A DNA stretch of 64,000 bases from Parasitella parasitica NRRL 2501. Its lineage: Eukaryota > Fungi > Mucoromycota. Made by a program: the position numbers and the translations under genes. The notes beneath the pieces were generated by a model. That model was not told the DNA's origin. It did not search any database and worked only from the letters and a program-made list of their open reading frames with translations. Shown one piece after another: positions 54,069 to 64,000 of this stretch; positions within the stretch are counted from its first letter, which is position 1; the number at the start of each line of letters is the position of its first letter. Location of the stretch: positions 19,635 through 83,634 of the forward strand of contig MU619378.1 of the NCBI GenBank assembly GCA_025201805.1. The letters run 5' to 3'.

Positions 54069-55656
54069 ATGTCTGCATACAAAGCTTTACTAACTTCAAC
54101 TCCAAGACTCCGTTTGACCGCCAATGTTGTGCGCTACCAACAAAAGACAACCGTTCGTCACTATAGTTCACCTTTCAAAGTGTTTATTGATACCATCAAA
54201 GAGCAAATGGCCAAGGGTAAAGACGTAAAAAACTTGCAAGATGAAGCAGGCAGACTTAATGATAGTGAGGCACTTAAGAAGGCAAAGGAGATGTTTGAGA
54301 AAGCCAAGGTAATGGCGATAACATCGTATGTTTGTATGCATAAACTTATTATTTGAATCTCGCTAGGCTCAACAATCTGCTCAGTCTGAACGCTTAAAGC
54401 AAGCAACTGAAAAGTTCACGAAGGCTGCTGAAAAGATGGGATCTTCTGTCAATGAGTCCTTCAAAAAGGCATCCGAGACCGAATTCGCCAAGGATACTTC
54501 AGAGAAAATAAAAAAGGCAGCAGAAACAATTAATAAAACTGCTGATCCTCTCAAAAAGAGTGAAGCTGTTGGTAAGATCACTGATTCTTTCAAGACAGTC
54601 TTGAAGGATAATAGCGGCAGATATGGTGGTTTCGTGGACAAAGAAACTAGACGTAAATTGCGCGAGGAAGCACAAAAGACAACAGAAGGTGCTGCGAAGA
54701 ATGTTGCCGAAAACCCTGACGCTGGCGCCAGTATTGTCCTCCATAAAGACTCCAAGTGGAAGGAAAGCTGGAATAAATTCAAGGAAGATAGCCCCATCAT
54801 GCAAGGTAAGATGTCAGACAAGGTGTTCCAGAAGAGTTGCACACTCAACGTTGTATGATTAGGCATCTTTCGTGCAAGAAGAAATTATGAAGAATCAGAT
54901 AATGTATTTGTCTCTTATTCCCGTGCTTTTACTGATCGTATTTCAGATACCTTTGGTAAGTTGATTGAAAAGAAATTTTGAATAAGATGGTTTTTATTAA
55001 CACGATTCTTTGGGCGGGAAATAGGCTCTATTTTTGAAGAATCAGATCAAGCACAAGCTATTCGTGCCTTCCAATCCATTGATCCCACATTCAACATGGA
55101 TAGATTTCTCACTGATGCTCGAAAATACATAGTTCCTGAGCTTATGGAAGCCTATTTGAAGGGTGATGTCGAAACACTGAAATTATGGTGTTCTGAAGCA
55201 GTAAGTGAGAAAAAGAAAAAAGAAGAGAGAGAGAAAAAGTATTCACATGTGTATCTACAGACATACAATGTGCTGACTGCCGTCATCCAAGCACAAATGC
55301 AACAAGGGTTGATCAGTGATTGCAAGATTCAAGATTTGCGTGATATTGAAGTAAGCTTACTCGTTTTCCGACAAAATGAACAGAGTTAATTTTTTTTTTT
55401 TTTCGTGCATTAGTTGGTTGCTGCCAAAATTTTAGAAAATGATGTTCCTGTGTTGGTTTTGTCATTCCGCACGCAAGAGATTATTGTTTTCCGCAATGCC
55501 AAGAGTGGCGAAATTGTTTACGGAAAGGAGGATTTGATTGAGCAAGTTACTTATGCCTGTGTACTTACCAAGGAACCGGAGGATCTCAATAACCCTGTTA
55601 CAGGTGGCTGGAGAATCATTGATATGGCCAAGCATGACTCAAGACCTGTTTGGTAA
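54069..55656 (+). CDS. TIM44: Mitochondrial import motor subunit Tim44, multi-exon
   Basis: Presequence, SPFKVFIDTIK, YGGFVDKETRR, IDPTFN, YIVPELMEAYLKGD..LKLWCSEA, FRTQEI, TGGWRII. Confidence 0.95.
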
Positions 55657-56441
55657 TAAGCATCACTTTTTTTTTTATTTAAAAATAGACTTTATATACT
55701 CCCCTCCTCTTCCCCTCTCCTGCCTTCTCTCTTACACTTGTTTTATAATTTCATTTATATACACAGATTTACATATTGTAGAATAAGCATAAAAAATGGA
55801 TTTTGTACTGTAGATGCTAAAATATTGACCCAAAACTGGCCACTGTATGCAAAATAATTTCGAATAATGATAAAGCTAAATGTTTAACCATGTGCAACTG
55901 TTAGAGCTTAAAAAGGACTTGACAAGGAAACTTGTATATATGCTTGTACAGGGTCAGGGGCATCTGTCATTGTTGATTCAGTGCCCGCGGACGTGCATAT
56001 GATAATCTCGAGCAGACTTCATCTCTTAACCATGGACGGGCTGTCAGAATTCACAGAAAGCAGATGATTTGGCAGGCGGCATTGTTCAATGTCCATTAAG
56101 GTTTATTATTCTGGACTAAATGCTAATTATTGCCTTTCTTTCCCTTATAATTGTCATAATTGTTTAATCGGACCCAAGCAATAAGAAATTTTTGGCTGAG
56201 TGTTACATGGAATATCTACACACAGACTTTAATAAGGACCCCCATAAACAGTGAGAGCACAAGGGAACTAATAAAGATGGTATTCCGATTGGCTCAAATA
56301 ATCATGCCATTTACAACATGTAGCAATATAAATGTGATATATTTGCCTGTACAGTTATTCCGTTGCGGAATTGAAGAAGAGTATAAAATCAAGTTACCCC
56401 TATATTTTCTCTCTCTTTTCTTTCATCAACTCCAAGCTAAC

Positions 56442-59239
56442 ATGCAATATAAACACGATGATTTGCAGTCGCAAAACTCTTTCTCGTCTTCGTCGTCTAC
56501 CTATTCATCGTCAACATCAAACTCATCAGCAGCAGACGACCATTCTTCGAGCATTTCGTCGACGCAGTACACGCTAAACCAAGTTTTATCGAATCCAAAA
56601 TTGCTATGTGCATTTGAATGCTTTCTTCGCCAAACATGGTCACATGAGAACCTGTTATTTATCGAGGCCATTACCCAATTAAAGCACGAAACCAACGCAA
56701 AGACGGTTGAAATCACGCTTCATAGAATATACAAGACATTCCTAGCCAAGGGCTCACCGCTAGAATTGAATGTCACCACTCAAGATCAAGTGAGAGAAGA
56801 CATCCGGTCTTTGGAATGGGCCATCGTAGACAGAGTCGACGCTGTTACTATTTTAGAAGAAACGGAAGCACAAGTTGTTGACATGCTGGTATTACACACA
56901 CGTTGCATCCTAATTTAGGCGCATGCTAAACTAATGAAATACTGAACTTTTATAGAAATCAAAGCTAGCCGAGTTTATTGACACAATGGATCTTCCAACT
57001 GGGTAAGGCACACAGTTACACCAGACAACCTCATGCTCGTACTCATTTTATCATTGTATCATGTGTAAACAGGAATGTGAGTCCATCAAATATCACACAT
57101 CAGCAAGTCAGCGTAGTCATTATCGGTGGTGGATTCACTGTACGGTATATCAAAAGGCCATTCTATATTACTTATGCTTACGTTATATTACTACAAACAG
57201 GGCTTCACTGTTGCTTCCGTTCTAGACCAGATGCCCCGCTTCTATGTGACATTAATTGATACAAAAGGTACTCTACTACTGTATATGTATGAAACTTTGG
57301 ATATTAAATCATTTTCCCTAGATTCATTTGAATATACCCCTGGTATTGTCAAGAAGATCATCAACCCTGAACAGACTAGTTCTCTTCGAGTTCGCCACGA
57401 CGCCTATGTAAAGAACGGCAGGGTCATCATTGGCTATGCTGAGGATCTTGCCAATGGCGGTAAATCTGTCACAGTCAATCGCGAAAAGGTATATATTCAG
57501 TAGCTGGTATTTACACATTCTAATAGCATTGTGCAGATTACTTTTGATTATCTCGTAGTAGCCACGGGCAGCGCCTATTCCTCTCAACTTAAATCAACCG
57601 ACACTTCTTCCTTGTATCGTATGTCTGGCTTAGAAGAATCGTATCTAGAACTCTTGAAGGCTCGCAAGGTGTTAATCATTGGTGGTGGCCTTGTTGGTTG
57701 TGAACTCGCTTCCGAGATATCCCAACATACATTCCCCGGTGCCTATACAAAGAAGGATGTTACTCTTGTAGATTCGCATTCAAATGTTGTCAATCGCAGC
57801 GATCCTCGTCAGCAATCTATTGCCAACAAGTATCTTCGAGAACTTGGCGTTAAGGTCATCTGCAACGAAAGAATCCTTGATTTTGACTCCTCAAATGACA
57901 ATGTCTATCTTGGTTCTAGTGGCCGAGTCTACGCTGGTTTCGATAAAATCTTTATCGCAACTGGCACTCGCCCCAATAGCAACTTGTTTGCTACAAACAT
58001 GTGCGATAGCTCTTTAGACAACTGTCTTGATGCATGGGGCCGTATCAAAGTTAGAGCTACTCTACAGATTGATCACTACAAATACGACCATATCTTTGCG
58101 GGAGGAGACGTTACGAATGTAGTCGAAGAAAAAACCGGTTACGCTGCCACTATTTCTGGTGTCTGCATTGCTCGAAACATCTGTAGACTAGTCAAGGGAA
58201 AAGCGCCTCTCAAACAGGGCACGAAAGGTACTTTACCCGCTCCGCATAAGCCATTGCATGGCATGCTGGAACATGGTGGTATTGGAAAACGTAATGGATA
58301 TCAAAAACACTGTAAACAACCTTGTTTCCTAACACATTGTTCATGATAGAAAATCTCAATTCGATCAAGAAAAGGTTTTCGTTCCTTAATCCCTCTTGGG
58401 CAGCGCTGAAATACTTTGACGAACAGCAGTTCCTAAAGATTGTGCAAGGCCAGGGATCTATCAATTCTTCTCAGGTTCTAGGTCGACTTCCAAGAAAACT
58501 AAATTTGCCTCTTCCAGCAAACCCACCACAGCTGCAGCATTCCAGATCAAATTCCCAGAATAACCGCCCAGTGGCATCTGCTAGAATGCAAAGACAGCCT
58601 AGTGCACCTTCTACTACCAACTACAACAATATTCCTAGTGTTCGGCCCAGAAGTTCCAGTCAATCTCAGCATCAACTATACTCTAGTTCCAGAATAGATG
58701 CGCTTAAACAGCAACAACCCAGGTCATCTTCGAGTAACACCAATTCAAAGAGTCGGTATGCCACTCCTCCCGAGAGACGCAATACACATTCTCCTCAGTC
58801 TAGTATCAGTAAAAGTGCAAACACCAGCATCAGCACCAGCACCAGCACTAGTACTAGTATTAGTGCTTCATCATCCGAAAAGAATTTGAAATCTCTGGAA
58901 GGCCTCTTATTCGAGCATTTTACCTATGGTGGAGAAGATATCCACTTGTTTGCGAATGAAAACCAGCCCGCTACAGCTGCCAGTAGTCCTCATCCTACGG
59001 CTAGGACCACATCGTCTCCTACCGTAGCCACTGTAACAAAAGCAACAACAACAGCAACCACCGAGAGAAGAGATACTCCAAGGCTCATGACATACGACAA
59101 GAATTTCCAATTGTCGCCCCCTCCTAAAAGAAGAGCAAGTCTAACTACATCATTTAATTCGCTTTCATGCTATGATTCCAAGCACTCTGTAAAATTAACA
59201 AGATCTACTTCCTTTTCCTCAATCATTCAAAACATTTAA
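56442..59239 (+). CDS. RGS domain fused to AIFM2/FSP1-like FAD/NAD(P)H oxidoreductase, with low-complexity tail
   Basis: RGS: FECFLRQTWSHENLLF...IYKTFLAKGSPLELNV. Oxidoreductase: VVIIGGGFT|G, FDYLVVATGS, IIGGGLVGCELA, IFAGGD. The predicted introns keep the frame. Confidence 0.85.
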
Positions 59240-61179
59240 ACTGTATAGCACAAATATGGACTTTGTATCACTCCTCCTTTCTTGCACTCCGCATTGCAAC
59301 AAGCTCCAATTTCCTCACCTTATTATACTTTTTTTTATATTAATACCAATATGTATACTCATTTGATAAAGATTACTACTATTTACTATTATTATGGCTC
59401 TCACTGAGAATTGAAATGATTGCCCATATGGTATTTTCCAGAATTGGATGCTATCATAATGGAAATTGAGGTATACTCATCCAATACAAGGATCTGAGAT
59501 GAATTGCGCCTTTTTGCGAGGTTGACATTGTTGTACAACAGTAACCATGACTTTGGGATCTGTGACCCGATCAGTTTAGCAAAGAAAAAAAAAAAACTTT
59601 ACGAAAACCTTGCGAAAAAGTGGTACGATCATTTCAGCGTGTATGCCAGAGAAAAAATTTAGTATTTCAATTTGTATCTCAATTAGCAATGTTAAGAAGG
59701 GGTATTTTCAGTTATATATTTTTATGAATCTACCATTATATGTCATTATATGACATATCTGTGCCAAATATATGAACAAATTTTTATTTTTCTGGGATGG
59801 GGGAGGGAGAAGGGCGAATATAACAAACCCAAAACGATTTGAAGGGAATCTTATGGAAGGTTTTTGTGCATTCCTACAAATTGAGTAATATTTTAATCCG
59901 TCGTACCTAAACACTTCGTTATATAATGAGGTACAACAAGTGCGCAATACAACTCAGACCAAGCAATATGTGCTGAAATATATTAACTGTCTTCTACTGA
60001 AATAACATGAAAATTAGGGATGATAAATGTCGACAAGGCTTTGATTGCTTGAATGCGATGTATTTTGGAAGCAACAATTTAGTTGTGCATAATGGAATCT
60101 CCTAATTTCCATTAATGCAAAATTTGTAATTGAGTCTATCCAGTCTTTGAGGCAAGGTTTTATTAATTTTGGTATGGCGAATTAGACCATGTATGCGCAG
60201 AGCTCAAAATTTATTTGCGAGAGGCAAATTTGCTTTTTTATGGGATAATGAACCTCAATATCAAAGGTAAAACTTGTGGACTATAATCAACCAATCTTGA
60301 AGTTGGTTAATTGTCCACACAAAAAAACTGTAAATATGCACACCCACTCGAATGCTACTAAAGTGCCTCTCCATTTTCAAATGGGGAAGAAAGGGGGGAG
60401 GGGAAGAATAAAAGCTAGGTGTGTGGAAATTACTCAATCTTATAGTGTCTTCATTACAATATATTAGTACATAATAACTTGAAAAATGTATAATAATCAA
60501 TGACTGCATTACCCTTCTATGCTACTGTTTTACAGAAAATAGTTTATATTACATTATTAACACCTCGACAAAAATCAGTTTATGCACATCAAGAACTTGC
60601 TTTTTTCTCTTATATTTATAGTGATGGAAGGCGCGCTATCAGCAGGTTGGCAGAAACAGTGCTATCTTGCTCCTTTATTAACATATAAAAGAGTAGAGTA
60701 TAATGAAAAAACGACAAATCTCTTAATTGAATTTTGTTGATTAAAACTATAAAACTCTTTGGTCAACTAGAAATTTTATTGATATCTATATTGTTGTATT
60801 ATGCCCTCTTTTCTTTTAAACGAAAGCAAGCAAAATAACTTGATAAGTGTATAAATAATAGAGTGTGTTTCTTCCAAAAAATGATAAAATTGGATTATAT
60901 TTATTGACAATGATCCCCAAAAGCCTTTGATTGAGCACGCAGCTGAATTTAAAAAACAAGCGCATTTTTTGTTCAGTTTGACAAAAAAAAAAAAAAACGT
61001 TTTCTAAGCTTTTTGATTGCATATTTGATGCCAAATTTATATAGTCTCCAATCATAATAAAACAACCTGATACAAGGGCTGGTACTCTATTTAAATGTGT
61101 AAAAATTAAATTAAATTGTATTGAAAAATTAATGGATTAAACAGAAAAACGAAATTTTGTTTTTTAGGCTAAAATGTCC

Positions 61180-61680
61180 AATTTTTTATACTTTAATCTA
61201 TGAACAAAGATTGTGGATGACATACTCCTAAAGCTAATAGAAAACATGCAGTATTCTTTAGGTTTTTAGCAATGTCTTTGCACTTTGGCTGAATATTTCT
61301 CCAGTTCATTGATCGAGTGGAGTAAAAACAACAAAATCTATCTATAACAACATGAAGACTTTTTTAGGTCGGGTATACTATTATATACCGAATGCTTTCA
61401 GTCTCTATTGACACAGATCGAGTTGTTCCTAAATTTGAGTTTGGCAAAGCAACCGTTGAGATTATATATGATGTCTTCCAAGAGGACATTTTTTCCCGTA
61501 TAATTTGGAATGTTGTGATCTTTTTGAATATTGAAGATCATCTCCATTTTCCCAATATAAAGCGCACAGCGAAATGTTGTGCGAATGTGTTATTTTGACG
61601 TGATAAAGACTTCTGAGTAAAACTCCAAATACAAATCTGGAGACTTTTACAGATGTGATACATTATATGATATCTCTACT
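61180..61680 (-). mobile_element. Possible highly degraded Tc1/mariner transposase relic
   Basis: Fragments FNIQKDHNIPNYTGK (compare FQQDNDPKHT) and WRNIQPKCKDI occur in the expected order; very diverged. Confidence 0.3.
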
Positions 61681-64000
61681 ATTACTAAAACAAAATCTTG
61701 ATCAATCATTACCCATATGACTTGCTCTAAAATCAGCAAAATCTCATTTTGGCGGTATCTCGACAGCTAAGATAGATATTAGAATTCGGAAAGCGTGGTG
61801 AGATAAAGTTGTTATTTCAAAAGTCTGAGAAAATAAATCTGCCAAAGAATTACACTTTTTTCATAATACATCTCTCGATGTATTATATATACATTCATTA
61901 CACTAGGGCCCTACTGTCTAACTGCATAATGTAAATCATGACTACTCATGATTTACTGTAAGACCCTGGGACTGATGTGAGATCCTGATGTGAGATCTTG
62001 CCATGTTATTGATATAACAACAGTTATTTTACTTGTAATAAAAAGTATAAAAACAACAACAGATACAATTTAATCCCTTCTTTATTTTCGGAATAGGATA
62101 ACGTGCAAAGGTTAGACATTTCTACTTGTGAAATTACTAGTAAAAAATATATAAAAAATACTTTTTAAAACTGTTTGATGTGTATGTCAATTTCCCAACC
62201 GGAAGTCAAACTCAAATAAACTCAATTCTGAACACAATTCAGGAAGATATCCCACTTCACCTGATTAATTCACAACCGTTTTATTTGAATAATTTCTCAT
62301 TCTGATAAATCAATCTGTTTATTAGCTTGATTTGGAATCTCTAAGGTAGCTCCGTAAGAGATGACATTCAATTACTTTTTTCTGGGAAGTTCTATCTTCA
62401 GCACAGTACTAGAGACTTTTCTTTGACTCCAAATCAGTACCTCAAAATAATCCTGAAGGTGGACACAAATTTGAAAATTGAAAATTGAATATAAGGTGTG
62501 AGGTCCAAAAACATAGCGAAATCTGAATAATGGTCCGAAATATTTGCGAATTGGACGCGTTCTTGAATAATTTAAACGAGAAATATTTTGGTTGAAATTG
62601 TTACGTTTCTATCGCTTAATAGTTTTTAAAGATATCAGTAATTACAAATTATGTCTTTAAGCCTAGAAACCGGTTATATATCTGAGTTGGTGGTATTTAT
62701 TTCAATCAAAAATGGAGCTATACAAAAATGGTTTTTGAGCCTGTATTATACATTATCTCAACTATCAATTCGTATGGAGACATACGCAAGGTACCTACTA
62801 GAATTATGCTTTGCTCTTCAATTGAAATTTGGTGTTGCACTCATTTACAGGAGCGAAAAAAAAGGCTGCAGATTGAATCTCAGCACTGTGTTTCCATTTG
62901 ACCCAAACCAGTTTCGAATAGTTCATTGCTAGATATCTCATAAACGCAATAGGTATATTGGATATGCGTACTAAGTGTTTTATGACAAAGAATAAATTCT
63001 GTATCCAACCATATAGATTAAAAGGCTATAGAAACACTTTTATCATTACCAATTTTCAAATATTCAAAAAACACCCTTTTTGATAGTTTTTAAGTAAAAT
63101 CGAGCATATTTTGAGCACATTCAGCTTTATAAAGTTGACCAAACAAACCATCATCTCAATGCCTACGCATCAATATCTTTTGCGCAGCTGTAGCTCTATT
63201 ATGTCTGCCAAAAATCAAAATCTTGTGGCGATCAAAATGAATCTACGATTTTTTGGCCCTACAATTAGAGGGCCAAAATGAACCTATTCAAAAGGATAGA
63301 AATTGTTGGATCAAAAAGATAATAAAAAAACCAAAGGTTAACGAGATACGAAAACTAAAGATACTTTATTTAAGATCGAAATTGCATCTGCTATTTATAC
63401 TTTTTACAACTACATAAATTTATGGTGACTTATTTAGATTACTAATTGACAAGACTAATTCACAGTGACAATCTACTTGACAGGGTACGATATGAGGTTA
63501 TACAGCAAGGGCTACACGTCTTTGATCTGACAGAGCCTTAACCTTTATCCTGGTGCTCAGATCTGTGTTACTTACAGGAATAACCTTCTTGATTTGAAAC
63601 AGAGACTTTATTCTCCAATTTACACAAGCGTATCACATCACATCATTGGACAATCTTCAATCTTCAATTGAAGTACATTGTCATGATCTTCTGTCTATAA
63701 TTATGGCAGATCAGAAATCAATTCCGTTTTTCGAGATTTTCTCGCCCAAAAATTGATATTTTTCACCAAACAAAAATCATTTCGTAGCTATTTTGTAGCT
63801 CCATTTTTGTATTGCTATATTATGTATCTTTAAATACTATTCATTGCTCTGCAAGTTGTGAAAATAGATGAAGCCTCCGTGCAATGGAATGGTATAACTA
63901 AAAGCAAGTAACTAAAAAAAATAAGACTCAAATGTCACGCATCATAGTCAATTCATGCCATCCGAGTTCGCATAACATATTAAGTCATATAAATCAAATC

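Noticed and set aside
1-64000. tRNA, rRNA, CRISPR arrays, TPP riboswitch
   Set aside because: No convincing signature seen by eye; a tRNAscan/Infernal run is needed to exclude them fully.

Overview
This is AT-rich, gene-dense eukaryotic DNA with many short (about 50-70 nt) GT-AG introns. Gene content and intron style point to an early-diverging fungus, probably Mucorales (inference). About 25 protein-coding genes are supported: UTP18 (partial), a DEUBAD-RAMA protein, a SNF2 ATPase, TYS1, RPS28, an Sds3-like protein, a PASK-like kinase, glyoxalase II, NDUFB8, RIB5, an MFS transporter, an F-box protein, a Whi3-like RRM protein, INO1, a secreted choice-of-anchor-A-like protein, BDP1, a UBL protein, a PQ-loop protein, VPS23, TIM44 and an RGS-oxidoreductase fusion. 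There is also a decayed, rearranged Helitron with a cargo-like pseudogene, and two assembly gaps. The standout find is a minus-strand snRNA gene at about 19775-19937, not explained by the ORF track, with the hallmarks of the minor-spliceosome U4atac RNA: U6atac complementarity, a perfect kink-turn and an Sm site between hairpins. Other highlights are an in-frame spliced RGS + AIFM2/FSP1-like oxidoreductase fusion and a probable 3-nt microexon. All calls come from manual reading and recalled family motifs; no searches were run, and exon boundaries are by-eye predictions.
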